DNA of 32,000 nt from Archaeoglobus fulgidus DSM 4304 (GCF_000008665.1 NC_000917.1:750001-782000); one strand, 5' to 3'; shown: positions 1 to 10,845, counted from the first letter of the stretch. Translations and numbers: made by a program. Notes: a model not told the origin generated them from the sequence alone.

Positions 1-726
1 CCTGTCGATTCCGGGGTAGAGAGACCTCAGAGAGGTGTAGATGAAGTAGGCCTTCTCGTAGTTGCCCATGCTCTCGTGGATTTCGGCCATAGCCAGCCTT
101 GCCTCAACGGTATCCTTTAGCCTGAGCGACTCTTCTATCTTCTTCATCCCCGCTTCGGGGTTGCTCATCGCGAGACTTCTGCCCCACTCAAGCAGAACAC
201 TTGCCTTTGCGTCAATAACGGCATCGGTTTCAGGCAGAAGTTCGAGAATCCTCATGGCCCTCCTGTAGTCACCCTCCTCCGAAACTTCGAGAGCGAAGAA
301 CAGAACCTTCTTTACGTAGCTCTTGAAGCCGAAATCCTGAAACTCCATGACGAGCTTTGCTGCATCCTCATACTTTCCGTCCGAAAGTCTGCGCTCTATC
401 GCCTCTTTCAGAAGAAGGAACATGTTCTGGAGAACCCTCCTGTCCCCACATTCCCTCAGCTCCCTCAAAGCGGTTAAAAAAACCGCAAAGCACTTTGCCT
501 CATCCTCACCCTCCAGATACCTGGAGAGCCTTTCGGATATCTTGGCCACAAGATACACAGCTACGGGAGAGTCCCTGAGCAGAATCAGATACTTGTTAGC
601 CTTTTCGGGATAATCGAAAATCTTCTTGATGGAGTGAAGAACGATCGGGTCGCTACCAATTGCCTTCAAAACTTTAACGTCCTCTTCGTCAATAAAATTG
701 GCCACACTCTCAATGAACTTTTCCAT
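1..726 (-). CDS. Hypothetical TPR-like/helical protein, C-terminus truncated by window edge
   Basis: Open minus-strand frame from ATG (cat at 724-726) running off the left edge; translation [47 protein letters not shown]..., TPR-like helical periodicity near the edge. Missing from the ORF track because it has no stop in the window. Confidence 0.75.
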
Positions 727-760
727 GAACTTTTCTGGAATGTAATAAATAAAAAGCTTT

Positions 761-1906
761 TCATAATCTGAGCTTTCCAGCAATGGCTCTCGCGATGATG
801 AGCTTCTGTATCTCGCTCGTACCCTCATAAATCGTTCCAACTCTGGCATCTCTGTAGTAGCGCTCGATGTCGTACTCCTTGCTGTAGCCGTAGCCGCCGA
901 AAATCTGCAAAGCTTCATACGTTGCCTTAATCGCAGTCTCGCTGGCGAAGAGCTTTGCTGCAGAGCTCAACGCAGGATTCGCTTTTCCCCTATCAATAAG
1001 CCAAGCGGCCTTGTAAATCAGAAGCTTAGCAGCCTCAATATCCTTCCACATATCAGCGAGCTTGAACTGTATCGCCTGATGCTCTATGAGCGGTTTTCCA
1101 AAGGCCTTTCTCTGCTTCGCGTACTCCAAAGCCCTTTCGTAGGCTCCAACAGCCATTCCGAGCTGAACGGCACCAACAAACACCCTGCTCTCGTTGAAGA
1201 ACCTCATAAGCTGGTAAAAGCCAAAGTTCTCCTGGCCGATAATGTGCGTTTCGGGAACGAAAACGTCCTTCAGGTATATCTCCGCAGTATCGTGGCAATT
1301 CAGCCCCATCTTCTTTATTCTCCTCGCTTCATACCCATCCCATCCCGTTTCGACGAGAAAGGCGGAAATTCCTCTGTAGCCAGCATCAGGCTGAGTTTTG
1401 GCGAGAATCACAACCCACTCCGAGACGCTGCCGTTGGTTATGAAGGTCTTGGTTCCGTTAAGCTTCCAGCCCCCATCAACCCTTTCCGCCTTTGTCTTTA
1501 TGGCCTGCACATCGCTCCCCGCATCCGGTTCGGTTATGGCGATAGCCGAGGGCGTCTCACCCTTTACAACTTTCGGCAGATACCTCTCCTTCTGCTCCTC
1601 CGTTCCAAAGTACTTGACCATCGGGCAACCAAGGGAAGCTGTCAAAACCGCTGAGCCTATGCTGCTGTCAGCCCTTGTGAACTCTTCAGCAATTATGGCG
1701 CATCCGAGGTAATCGAGCCCCGCACCACCGTACTTCTCGGGAATGTCCGCAGCCACATAGCCGAGCTTGGCGGCTTTCCTGAATATTTCCCAGGGATACT
1801 CTCCCTTTTCGTCGTACTCCTTGCCGTAAGGCATGATCTCCTTTTCAGCAAACTCTCTAACGCTGTCCCTCAGAATTCGGTGCTCCTCCTCAAACTCAAA
1901 GTTCAT
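761..1906 (-). CDS. Acyl-CoA dehydrogenase
   Basis: 381 aa; family motifs such as [51 protein letters not shown] and [14 protein letters not shown]. Confidence 0.96.
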
Positions 1907-1979
1907 GATTTTAACTTCTCATTTTCAAAATATAAGATTTGCCACTTTGTTGTAGGGCAGTTAAATAGTGGCAGACAAC

Positions 1980-3464
1980 TCATTCCATAAGTTCGGCGGT
2001 TTTGCTATCAAGCTCTCGCATTATCTCAAGCGCAACCTCCTGAGAAACCAGCCCTCCGGCCATTGCGTCAACCACGGCACTCTTCTTTGCGTCGATGACG
2101 TACTTCACAGCGGCTTTCCTTAACTTCGACCCCATACCTCCCCTTATCTTCTCCTCAAGCTTCGACCTCAATTCCTCAATCTCCGCATCGAGGTTCGGCA
2201 GCATTTCTCTCGCCACAGGCTCAACGATTCTCCCCTGCTCAACCGCCTTCATCAGCTCAAACTTCGCGCTCCTTGCAGCGATGTACCTGGCTATAATTTC
2301 CTCCAACTCCCTCTCACTCTCGCTGACGAACTTCCGCTTGACGAAAATTTCGAGTGAAATGCCCTGCAGAAGCAGGGAGAAAAGCACGACACCGAATGCC
2401 ATTGCCGAGAGAAGCTGGTTGCCGAAGCTGAGGGCGAGGGCAACGGGAATTACACCCCTTAAACCACCCCAGAAAACCACGTGCTTCCACAGGTTTGGAA
2501 ATCGGTAGTAGGTCATTACCGGGTAAACAACAAAGGCTCTTGCGAGAATCACGGCAGCTATGGCCACCAAAATCTCCTTCCATGCCGAGAAAATTGTTAT
2601 GTGCGTGTTAACGCCGATCAGAATGAATATTATGGAGTTCACGAGAAAAACAATGACGCTCCAGAAATCCAGCATGATAACTCTCGTTGTGGGGGACATT
2701 GAAAAGTCCCTGCCGTAGTTTCCGAGGATTAGGCCTGCTGCAACCACCGCAATCACACCGGAGAAGTGAAACCTCTCCGCCAGAACGAAACCGAGGTAGG
2801 CTGCGACTATCGTTACAGCTATCTCAACAAGGGCGTCGTCGATTTTTGCAAGTATTCTGTAGGCAAGGTAGCCTACCGCCAATCCAACAGCCGCACCACC
2901 AACGCAGACAACAGCGAAGTCCAACGCAGCGTTCAGAGGGTCGAAAACGCCCTTGAGCATCATTTCGAGGGCTATTGCGAAAACCACGATTGCGGCGCCA
3001 TCATTCAATACGCTCTCACCCTCGATGAGTATGGAAAGCTTCTTCGGAGCGGAGATCGACTTGAACGTTGCGAGAACCGAAACAGGGTCGGTTGCGGAGA
3101 CCATCGCACCGAAAATGAGGGCAAGTGCCAGAGGGATACCGAGAATCCAGTTCAAAGAAAATCCAACGACAGTAGTTGTAACCACGACTCCCAAAAAGGC
3201 GATAAGCGCAATCGGCCCGAAATTCTCCCTCAGCTCCTTTAAATCCATGTTCATCGCCGCCTCGAACAGCAGAGGAGGGAGGAAAATGAAAAAGACGATT
3301 TCCCTGCTCAGAGGGACTTCCGGCAAAAGGCCGGCAAGTCCAACGAAAAGCCCAGCAAGAACGAGAGCTATGGTGTAGGGTAATCGGATGAATTTAACCG
3401 TAACTGCAACAGCGGTAGCGAGCATGAGAATCTCGATGAATTCAACCAGATTCTCCTCTATCAT
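1980..3464 (-). CDS. Na+/H+ antiporter, CPA1/NhaP family
   Basis: Multi-TM protein with LPPLLFEAA, FGAMVSATDPVSVLA, ESVLNDGAAIVVF and FWGGLRGVIPVALALS. Likely start MIEENLVEF at 3464; the track ORF extends to 3509. Confidence 0.93.
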   Translation of the reverse strand: MIEENLVEFIEILMLATAVAVTVKFIRLPYTIALVLAGLFVGLAGLLPEVPLSREIVFFIFLPPLLFEAAMNMDLKELRENFGPIALIAFLGVVVTTTVVGFSLNWILGIPLALALIFGAMVSATDPVSVLATFKSISAPKKLSILIEGESVLNDGAAIVVFAIALEMMLKGVFDPLNAALDFAVVCVGGAAVGLAVGYLAYRILAKIDDALVEIAVTIVAAYLGFVLAERFHFSGVIAVVAAGLILGNYGRDFSMSPTTRVIMLDFWSVIVFLVNSIIFILIGVNTHITIFSAWKEILVAIAAVILARAFVVYPVMTYYRFPNLWKHVVFWGGLRGVIPVALALSFGNQLLSAMAFGVVLFSLLLQGISLEIFVKRKFVSESERELEEIIARYIAARSAKFELMKAVEQGRIVEPVAREMLPNLDAEIEELRSKLEEKIRGGMGSKLRKAAVKYVIDAKKSAVVDAMAGGLVSQEVALEIMRELDSKTAELME

Positions 3465-3576
3465 AATGTGGAAAGGCTGTACGAAATTATTAAAGTTATT
3501 TGTCTGCAATTTTGAAATTTCATGAACATCAAAAAAGCTTTTAATTCACCTGAAGACCAAACCATGAGGTGGTACA

Positions 3577-4146
3577 ATGCAGACAGACCTGCCAGTAAAG
3601 GAAGTGATGACCACTGTCGTTTGCACTGTAAAGAGAACCGACAGTGTGCACAACTTAGCGAAGAAGCTCGTCGAGTACGGAGTGGGAAGTGCAGTGGTCG
3701 TTGAGGACGGTCGGCCAGTGGGCATAGTGACCGAGAAGGACCTCATCTCGAAAATCGTCGCGAGGAACAAAGTGCCAAGCAAAGTTCTCGTTGAAGAGGT
3801 TATGTCGCAGCCTGTAATAACAATCGGCCCCAACACGAGCCTTAGGGAGGCGGCGAGAATTATGATGAAAAGAGGGATAAGAAGGCTACCCGTTGTGAAC
3901 AACAACCAGGAGCTTATTGGCATAATTACAGACAACGACATCCTCAGCGTCTCGCTTGACCTTGGAGAGTTCGCATCCCTAGTAACGCAGGATGCTTCAG
4001 GTTACACAATTCAGCTGGAGGGGCCCGTTATCGAGGAAGAAGAGGAAATCGGTGGAATTTGCGACAGGTGTGGTAAGTATGCGGATAAGCTCTATCCCAG
4101 CAACGGTTTGAACCTTTGTGAGGATTGCATGGATTTTGAGGGGTGA
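3577..4146 (+). CDS. CBS-domain pair protein with C-terminal zinc ribbon
   Basis: Two CBS-type motifs (VMTTVVCTVKRTDSVHNLAKKLVE..., VMSQPVITIGPNTSLREAARIMMKRGIRRLPVV) followed by CDRCGKYADKLYPSNGLNLCEDC. Confidence 0.92.
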   Translation: MQTDLPVKEVMTTVVCTVKRTDSVHNLAKKLVEYGVGSAVVVEDGRPVGIVTEKDLISKIVARNKVPSKVLVEEVMSQPVITIGPNTSLREAARIMMKRGIRRLPVVNNNQELIGIITDNDILSVSLDLGEFASLVTQDASGYTIQLEGPVIEEEEEIGGICDRCGKYADKLYPSNGLNLCEDCMDFEG

Positions 4147-4152
4147 TTTGTT

Positions 4153-5025
4153 TTGGTTTTAACGCGAAATGTGATGGAAATTGCCACAAAAGACGTTTTC
4201 ACACTCCCGCCAACCTCAACCTTGATGAACGCTCTAAAAATGATGCTCAGGCGAAACTTCAGAAGGATCCCCATAGCCGATCCGGGAACGAAAAGGCTTG
4301 AAGGAATAATATCCGCCACCGACTTCGTCAACATCTTTGGTGGAGGTCCGAAGTTCGGGCTTATCAAGGGGAGGTACGGTGGAAATCTCTCCGCTGCTGT
4401 GAATGAAGTTGTGGAAACAATTATGGAGCGTGAAGTGGTCACGGTTAACGAATCAGATTCTCTCGAAGAGGCTGTTGAGACGATGTTTGAAAAAAATGTT
4501 GGTGGCTGCCCGATAGTCAACAAAGACGACGTTGTCGTGGGAATCATCACGGAGAGGGACATTCTGAAGTATCTGGGGGCTAACCGCAGCATAGACGGAG
4601 TTGCTTCAGACTACATGACCTCAAGCGTAATCACGCTCAGGCCCAAGGACTCCATAGAGAGGGCGATGAGAACGATGATTGAGAAAAAGCTGAGAAGAAT
4701 ACCCATAATAGATGACGGCATTCTGGTTGGGCTAATAACGGTAAGGGAGATACTGAGGTACTTCGGGACGGGAGAGGCTTTCAGGATGCTTACGAGCGGA
4801 AACATAAAGGATGCAATCGACAAACCCATTTCAACCATCCTCGCGAACGATGAGCTGCTTGTTTACAAGGATATCCTCACGTTTCCAAGGAACATAAGCA
4901 TATCCCAGCTTGTTAGCTCTATGCTGGAAAAGGGTTACGGAGTAGCCCTTATTGTGGAAAACGGCAAGCTTGAAGGAATTATCACTGAAAGGGACTTGAT
5001 CAGGTTCCTATACTCCAAATCATGA
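4153..5025 (+). CDS. CBS-domain protein with four CBS repeats
   Basis: Repeated CBS motifs (RRIPIADP..., VGGCPIVNKDDVVVGIITERDIL, RRIPIIDDGILVGLITVREIL, YGVALIVENGKLEGIITERDLI); the start appears to be TTG or a nearby codon. Confidence 0.9.
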   Translation: MVLTRNVMEIATKDVFTLPPTSTLMNALKMMLRRNFRRIPIADPGTKRLEGIISATDFVNIFGGGPKFGLIKGRYGGNLSAAVNEVVETIMEREVVTVNESDSLEEAVETMFEKNVGGCPIVNKDDVVVGIITERDILKYLGANRSIDGVASDYMTSSVITLRPKDSIERAMRTMIEKKLRRIPIIDDGILVGLITVREILRYFGTGEAFRMLTSGNIKDAIDKPISTILANDELLVYKDILTFPRNISISQLVSSMLEKGYGVALIVENGKLEGIITERDLIRFLYSKS

Positions 5026-6158
5026 ATTTTATTGCTCAGGCTTTAAATTTATCGAAATCAGCAGCCGGAAGGCTGGAAGAGAGAAATATTCTCAGAAAGG
5101 CGTTTGTCAGGCACCCTTTTTTTGCCGATATTGAGGAGGCCTTCAGATTCGAAAAAAAGTTTGGCCAGTATGAAGAGGGGACTATAGTAATAAAGGCTAA
5201 GGATTCTCTAAAGGTTTTCAGGGGCTTTCCCAAGATAAGGAGGGCGCTGCTGCTCGATCCAACGATAAAAAAGCACTTCGGCGATAGAGAGGTGGTGCTT
5301 GAGGAGAAGATGAACGGCTACAACGTCAGAATTGTCAAAGTCGGGGACAACCTTTATGCCATCACCAGAAGGGGGCTCATTTGCCCCTACACAACAGAGA
5401 AGGCGAGAACTCTCATAGACGACGAGTTCTTCAGGGACTATCCCGATTACATGCTGTGCTGCGAGGCCGTTGGGAGAGCCTCACCCTACGTCCCTACGGA
5501 CGTTTACGGCATAGAAACCCTTGAATTCTTTCTCTTCGATGTCAGGGAGGGAAAAACCAACCAGCCTGTAACGATTGACGAGAAAAAGGAAATTGCGGAG
5601 AAATACGGTTTCAGGCTTGCTGAAATTCTCGAAACCGTTAGCTCCGACGACGTTGCGAGGATAAAAGAGGTTGTGGAGAAGCTGAACAAAAACCGAAGGG
5701 AGGGGGTTGTTTTTAAAGACCGCGAGATGGTGCTGAATCCGTTAAAGTACACCACAAGCTACGCTAATCAGTCGGATCTGAGGTATGCGTTCAGGTTTTT
5801 CGGGGAGTACGGCAGAGACTTCATGCTGTCGAGAGTAATCAGGGAAGCATTCCAGAGCTTTGAGTTTGAGGAAGGGGAGGAGGACTTCAATCAGAGATGC
5901 CTCAGGCTTGGCAGGGCTATACTTGAACCGATGATAGAGAGCATCAGGGAGTGCAAGCGGGGGGAGATGGTTTGCGAGGAGAGCGAGCTTGTGTTTGAAA
6001 GCCCAGACGTCCTTGAACTTTTCAAACTCCACATGAAGCTGCTCGGAGTTGACTTCAGAATCGAGGTTCTGGACGGGGGAAGGGTAAAGTTAAAAAGAAT
6101 CATGCGAAGTACAAGTGACAGGATAAGGGGCATACTTCAAGGCTCAACCTGGAGGTAG
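5022..6158 (+). CDS. ATP-dependent RNA ligase, archaeal Rnl3 / Pab1020-like family
   Basis: Nucleotidyltransferase motif I EEKMNGYNVRIVK, RRGLICPYTTEKA, LCCEAVG, REGVVFKDR and motif V-like VLNPLKYTTSYAN; 378 aa, typical of the archaeal RNA ligase family. Confidence 0.87.
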   Translation: MNFIAQALNLSKSAAGRLEERNILRKAFVRHPFFADIEEAFRFEKKFGQYEEGTIVIKAKDSLKVFRGFPKIRRALLLDPTIKKHFGDREVVLEEKMNGYNVRIVKVGDNLYAITRRGLICPYTTEKARTLIDDEFFRDYPDYMLCCEAVGRASPYVPTDVYGIETLEFFLFDVREGKTNQPVTIDEKKEIAEKYGFRLAEILETVSSDDVARIKEVVEKLNKNRREGVVFKDREMVLNPLKYTTSYANQSDLRYAFRFFGEYGRDFMLSRVIREAFQSFEFEEGEEDFNQRCLRLGRAILEPMIESIRECKRGEMVCEESELVFESPDVLELFKLHMKLLGVDFRIEVLDGGRVKLKRIMRSTSDRIRGILQGSTWR

Positions 6159-6159
6159 C

Positions 6160-7173
6160 ATGATATCCGCAGGCATCGATCCGGGAACGGGGAGCTATGA
6201 TGTCGTCGCAATTGAAGACGGAAAAGTTGTATTCAGAAAAAACATTCCAACAGAGGAGGTCAGAGCCTCGCCGGATGTCATAGTTGAAGTTATCGAGGAG
6301 TCGGGGGCTGAGGTTGCTGCCGGGCTTTCGGGCTACGGTCTTCCGGTAAAGCGCTTCTCCGAGCTCGATGAGGTGGACTTGCTCCTCATGACGCTAAACT
6401 TTGACTCCGAAAGGGCAATAGGGCTGAGAAATATAATCAAAGCTGTGAAAGAGAGAAACGTTAACCTCTACACAGTCCCTGCAGTAATCCACCTCCCCAC
6501 AGTACCGCCGTGGAGGAAGATGAACAGAATCGACATCGGAACTGCAGACAAGCTGTGCTCGGCAGTTCTTGCCGTTGCTAAGCTGAGCGAGGAAGAGGAG
6601 CTTACAAAGCTGAACTTCATTCTGGCAGAGGTTGGAGAGGGATTCAACGCCTTTATTGCCGTCCGGAACGGGAGGATTGTTGACGGAATGGGAGGGACGA
6701 CGTCATTCCCCGGCTACTCATCTCTCGGAGCTATGGATGCTGAGCTTGCCTACATCATCGGGGAGTTCCCAAAGAAGCTGATTTTCAGCGGGGGGGTAAA
6801 GAGCTTCGCAAGTGAGTGGAAGGTCAACGAAAACGAGGTTACCAACATCCTCTCGGAGTTCGTGCTGAAGGGGATAAGAGCCATGGAGGTTTCAACGGAT
6901 GCCGACTTCTACATGCTTTCTGGCAGGTTTGCTCCAGACGTGCTGAGAAAGCTGAGGGGTGAGGGAAAGGAGGTCAGGCTGCTCGGCGGTTTTGGGAGGG
7001 GCAAGCAATCCGCCCAGGGAGCGGCGATAATAGCGAACGCAATTGCTGGTGGAGAGTACAGAGAGATAGTGGACTACATGAGGATTTTCGAGGCTAAGGG
7101 GACGCTTCTTGACTACATAACATCTGATATTATGGAATACGTGAGGAGAGGGCTGAAAAGAAGGGGAGATTAA
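6160..7173 (+). CDS. DUF1464 family protein (ASKHA/kinase-like fold)
   Basis: MISAGIDPGTGSYDVVAIEDG, RIDIGTADKLCSAVLAV, and FILAEVGEGFNAFIAVRNGRIVDGMGGTTSFPG, typical of this archaeal family. Confidence 0.82.
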   Translation: MISAGIDPGTGSYDVVAIEDGKVVFRKNIPTEEVRASPDVIVEVIEESGAEVAAGLSGYGLPVKRFSELDEVDLLLMTLNFDSERAIGLRNIIKAVKERNVNLYTVPAVIHLPTVPPWRKMNRIDIGTADKLCSAVLAVAKLSEEEELTKLNFILAEVGEGFNAFIAVRNGRIVDGMGGTTSFPGYSSLGAMDAELAYIIGEFPKKLIFSGGVKSFASEWKVNENEVTNILSEFVLKGIRAMEVSTDADFYMLSGRFAPDVLRKLRGEGKEVRLLGGFGRGKQSAQGAAIIANAIAGGEYREIVDYMRIFEAKGTLLDYITSDIMEYVRRGLKRRGD

Positions 7174-7185
7174 AGGCTCTAAACC

Positions 7186-8580
7186 TCAAAAGCTTTTACA
7201 CCTCAGAATTGCCTCAGGTATTGCTTTTACCAAATCCGTCGCCGTGTAGTTGTAGCCGAATTTTTCAAAGCACACATCTCCCGCCAACCCGTTAAGGAAG
7301 GCTGCAGCACAGGCAGAGTGGAAAGCATCGTCGTTGCAGAGGAAAGCGGCCGCAATTCCTGCCAGAACATCTCCGGTTCCGCCAACCGTCATGCCCGCAT
7401 TTCCCGAGCGGTTAACCTTCACTCTGCTGCCATCCGTTATAACATCCTCCCTCCCCTTCAGCAGTATTACTGCCTTCGCCTTCAACGCAGCCTTCTGCAC
7501 CTCAGTATCACCGAAAACCCTTCCGAACTCTCCTCTGTGGGGTGTGAGAATGCACTCACAGTTTTCTGGCACACTATCAACAATCCCCTGAGCATCTAGA
7601 ACGGCTTTTTTGCAGCTTTTAAGGAGTTCCTCGACAACCTCCTTAAATTCTGGGTTCTCCCCCACACCCATTCCAGCAACAACTACGTCGTGCCTTTTTA
7701 CCAGCTCCTCGAGCTCCTCAAGATTTTTCATTTCTATCCTTTCCTCGCCAACACCTCTCACTATAAGATTCGGGCTGAAGGATGCAACTACTTTCCTTAT
7801 CGCCATTGGAACGGCAGTTGTGACGATATCAGCCCCAGCATACAGCGCTGCAAGGCTCGCCAAGGCCGGAGCGCCTGTGTAATCCCCACCACCCACAACG
7901 AGCACTTTTCCGTGAACCCCTTTATGCGCATCCTCGTATCTTTTGTAGGAGAATGCAACATCCCCCGGGCCGCATAGGTTTTCAAAGCTTTCCGGGATTC
8001 CTATGTCCTTGACCGCAACCTCTCCGCAAACCTCTCTTGCCTTTGCCAGCCCGGGCTTCGCCTTGTGGAATGTCACAGTCAGATCAGCCTTAACAGCCTC
8101 TTCATAACTTCCACTGTCGGGATCCAGGCCTGTGGGAACGTCAACAGCCACCTTGAAGGCGTCGCTCTCGTTAATCATCTTTACAGCCGTGCTGTATGGC
8201 TCTCTCAGCCTTCCCCTCACGCCCGTTCCGAGCATCGCATCAATGACGATGTCAGCATCGATTTCTTCGGGCAAACCTTCCTTTACAGGAAATCCTGCTT
8301 TGCGGCAGATTTCGAGGTTTTTAATCGCAAGCTCCGTCTTCGGCTTTGAGAGCAGGAATATCTCGACGTCAAAACCTTTTAAGTGCCTCGCAGCCACGAA
8401 TCCGTCACCGCCATTGTTTCCACTCCCCGCAAAAATCTGAACCTTTCCCTCGTAAAACCTCTTCATTACCTCCTCAGCCACTCCTTTGCCGGCGTTCTCC
8501 ATAAGGAGCATCCTGCTCAGACCGAAATACTCGCAGTTCGTGTCAAGAATTTGCATATCTCTCGAAGAGATGAATTCCAT
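7186..8580 (-). CDS. nnr: Bifunctional NAD(P)HX epimerase / ADP-dependent NAD(P)HX dehydratase
   Basis: N-terminal YjeF_N (MLLMENAGKGVAEE, AGSGNNGGDGFVAARHL, DAMLGTGVRG) fused to a carbohydrate-kinase-like domain (LTPHRGEFGRVFG, VNRSGNAGMTVGGTGDVLAGI). Confidence 0.95.
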   Translation of the reverse strand: MEFISSRDMQILDTNCEYFGLSRMLLMENAGKGVAEEVMKRFYEGKVQIFAGSGNNGGDGFVAARHLKGFDVEIFLLSKPKTELAIKNLEICRKAGFPVKEGLPEEIDADIVIDAMLGTGVRGRLREPYSTAVKMINESDAFKVAVDVPTGLDPDSGSYEEAVKADLTVTFHKAKPGLAKAREVCGEVAVKDIGIPESFENLCGPGDVAFSYKRYEDAHKGVHGKVLVVGGGDYTGAPALASLAALYAGADIVTTAVPMAIRKVVASFSPNLIVRGVGEERIEMKNLEELEELVKRHDVVVAGMGVGENPEFKEVVEELLKSCKKAVLDAQGIVDSVPENCECILTPHRGEFGRVFGDTEVQKAALKAKAVILLKGREDVITDGSRVKVNRSGNAGMTVGGTGDVLAGIAAAFLCNDDAFHSACAAAFLNGLAGDVCFEKFGYNYTATDLVKAIPEAILRCKSF

Positions 8581-8600
8581 GAGGGATGTTCACGGAAGCC

Positions 8601-8610
8601 TTAAATATTT
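8601..8610 (+). promoter_or_regulatory. Putative archaeal TATA box for glyA
   Basis: ttaaatattt about 25 nt upstream of the glyA ATG at 8630, consistent with a very short leader. Confidence 0.55.
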
Positions 8611-8629
8611 TTCATCCGTAGCAGAGGAC

Positions 8630-9895
8630 ATGAATCCTTCAGACGTCTTCCAAATCATCGAAGGGCATACCAAACTGATGCGGGACTCCATACCGCTGAT
8701 TGCCAGTGAGAACTTAACCTCCCTCTCCGTGAGGAGGTGTTACGTTTCCGATCTCGGCCACAGGTATGCGGAGGGAAGAGTGGGGGAGAGGTTCTACGAG
8801 GGCTGCAAGTATGTTGACCAAATCGAGAGCATGGCGATTGAGTTAACGAGAAAAATATTTGAGGCTGAGCACGCAAACGTCCAGCCAATTTCCGGTGTTG
8901 TTGCGAACCTCGCAGCCTTTTTCGCTCTGACAAATGTTGGAGACACCATTATGAGCATCTCCGTCCCTTGTGGCGGGCACATAAGCCACGATAGGGTTTC
9001 TGCGGCTGGTTTGAGAGGGTTGAGGGTGATTCACTATCCCTTTAACAGCGAGGAGATGAGCGTTGACGTTGACGAGACGAGAAAGGTTGCAGAAAGGGAG
9101 AGGCCGAAGCTCTTCATCCTCGGCTCGTCCCTCATACTCTTCAGGCAGCCTGTGAAGGAGATTAGGGAGATTGCGGACGAAATTGGCGCTTACGTAATGT
9201 ACGACGCCAGCCACGTTCTCGGACTCATTGCCGGAAAGGCCTTCCAGAACCCGCTCAAGGAGGGGGCAGACGTAATGACCGGCAGCACCCACAAGACCTT
9301 CTTCGGCCCACAGAGAGCAATAATCGCCAGCAGAAAGGAGCTTGCCGAGAAGGTTGACAGGGCCGTATTTCCGGGGGTGGTGAGCAACCACCACCTTAAC
9401 ACCCTTGCAGGCTATGTTGTTGCCGCAATGGAAATGCTGGAGTTCGGTGAGGATTACGCAAAGCAGGTGGTTAGGAATGCAAAGGCTCTGGCGGAGGAGC
9501 TTTACAGCCTCGGCTACAAGGTTCTCGGAGAGAAGAGGGGGTTCACCGAAACCCATCAGGTGGCCGTTGACGTCAGGGAGTTCGGAGGTGGGGAGAGGGT
9601 GGCGAAAGTCCTCGAAAATGCAGGAATCATACTTAACAAGAACCTGCTGCCTTGGGACTCCCTCGAAAAGACCGCAAATCCGTCGGGAATAAGAATTGGA
9701 GTGCAGGAGGTAACGAGAATTGGAATGAAGGAGGAAGAGATGAGGGCGATTGCAGAAATCATGGATGCGGCGATAAAGGAGAAAAAATCCGTCGATGAGC
9801 TTAGGAACGAGGTTAAGGAGCTTAAAGAGAGGTTTAACGTTATAAAGTATAGTTTTGACGAGAGCGAAGCTTACCACTTCCCCGATTTGAGATGA
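8630..9895 (+). CDS. glyA: Serine hydroxymethyltransferase
   Basis: IPLIASENLTSLSVRR, GRVGERFYEGCKYVDQIE, QPISGVVANLAAFFAL, DASHVLGLIAGKAFQNPLKEGADVMTGSTHKTFFGPQR. Preferred start MNPSDVF; the track start at 8486 would overlap nnr. Confidence 0.95.
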   Translation: MNPSDVFQIIEGHTKLMRDSIPLIASENLTSLSVRRCYVSDLGHRYAEGRVGERFYEGCKYVDQIESMAIELTRKIFEAEHANVQPISGVVANLAAFFALTNVGDTIMSISVPCGGHISHDRVSAAGLRGLRVIHYPFNSEEMSVDVDETRKVAERERPKLFILGSSLILFRQPVKEIREIADEIGAYVMYDASHVLGLIAGKAFQNPLKEGADVMTGSTHKTFFGPQRAIIASRKELAEKVDRAVFPGVVSNHHLNTLAGYVVAAMEMLEFGEDYAKQVVRNAKALAEELYSLGYKVLGEKRGFTETHQVAVDVREFGGGERVAKVLENAGIILNKNLLPWDSLEKTANPSGIRIGVQEVTRIGMKEEEMRAIAEIMDAAIKEKKSVDELRNEVKELKERFNVIKYSFDESEAYHFPDLR

Positions 9896-10845
9896 AGGTT
9901 TTCATAGACCCCGATGGGGACATTGAAGAGATAAAGGAGGCTTTCAGACTAATCAACCCGGAACTTTACGAGAGATTGCTTAAAATTGACGGAAGCGACG
10001 AGTTTTTCAGGTACATGGTAAAACCGCTGAGAGTCAGTGTTAGGGTGAACACACTTAAGGCGGAAGTTGATGAGGTGGTCGAGAATCTGAAGGAGCTAAT
10101 CACTGGAAGAGTTCCGTGGTGCGAAGAGGGGTTTTACCTCTCCATCGACGAGTTTTCGAGAATTCCAGAGCATCAGCTCGGTTTGATTTTCTCACAGGAA
10201 GCAGCATCGATGATACCACCCCTTGTCATGGAACTGGAACCGAAAATGACGGTGCTCGACATTGCCGCCTCTCCCGGAGCCAAAACCACGCAGATTGCCC
10301 AGTACCTGCAGAACGAGGGGTGCATCGTCGCGAACGATGTAAAGCACTCGAGAATAAACATTCTCATCTCCAACCTGCAGAGGTGCGGAGTTCTGATCGC
10401 AAAGGTTACGGTCAAGGACGGAAGGTACTTCGGAAGGTTCAGAAACAGGTTTGATGCCGTGCTTGTCGACGCTCCGTGCAGTAACATGGGAATGATAAGA
10501 AAGAACTACAGAAACATAAGGCTCTGGAAAATGAGGGACTGCTACGGACTTTCAAAGCTGCAGAAAAGCCTTTTAATGGCTGCCTACAAAGCGGTAAAGC
10601 CCGGTGGTGTAGTAGTTTATTCAACATGTACTCTGGAGCCAATTGAGAATGAGGAGGTAGTGGACTACATCCTGAGAAACACAGATGCCGAGATAGAGGA
10701 GGTAAATCTACCCGTGAAGGGTGTGGAGCCGTTTACGAAATTTGACGGTAAAGAATACAGCGAGGAGGTGAGAAAATGCCTTCGCCTTCATCCCCAGAGC
10801 AGCGACACAGAGGGGTTCTTCGTGGCGAAGTTGAGGAAACCGTGA
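9892..10845 (+). CDS. NOL1/NOP2/Sun-family tRNA/rRNA cytosine-C5 methyltransferase
   Basis: DIAASPGAKTTQIAQ, VDAPCSNMGMIRKN (PC catalytic motif), VYSTCTLEPIENEEVV (TC motif). Confidence 0.94.
   Translation: MKVFIDPDGDIEEIKEAFRLINPELYERLLKIDGSDEFFRYMVKPLRVSVRVNTLKAEVDEVVENLKELITGRVPWCEEGFYLSIDEFSRIPEHQLGLIFSQEAASMIPPLVMELEPKMTVLDIAASPGAKTTQIAQYLQNEGCIVANDVKHSRINILISNLQRCGVLIAKVTVKDGRYFGRFRNRFDAVLVDAPCSNMGMIRKNYRNIRLWKMRDCYGLSKLQKSLLMAAYKAVKPGGVVVYSTCTLEPIENEEVVDYILRNTDAEIEEVNLPVKGVEPFTKFDGKEYSEEVRKCLRLHPQSSDTEGFFVAKLRKP

Noticed and set aside
1079-1654. 191-aa plus-strand ORF
   Set aside because: Antisense to acyl-CoA dehydrogenase; shadow ORF.
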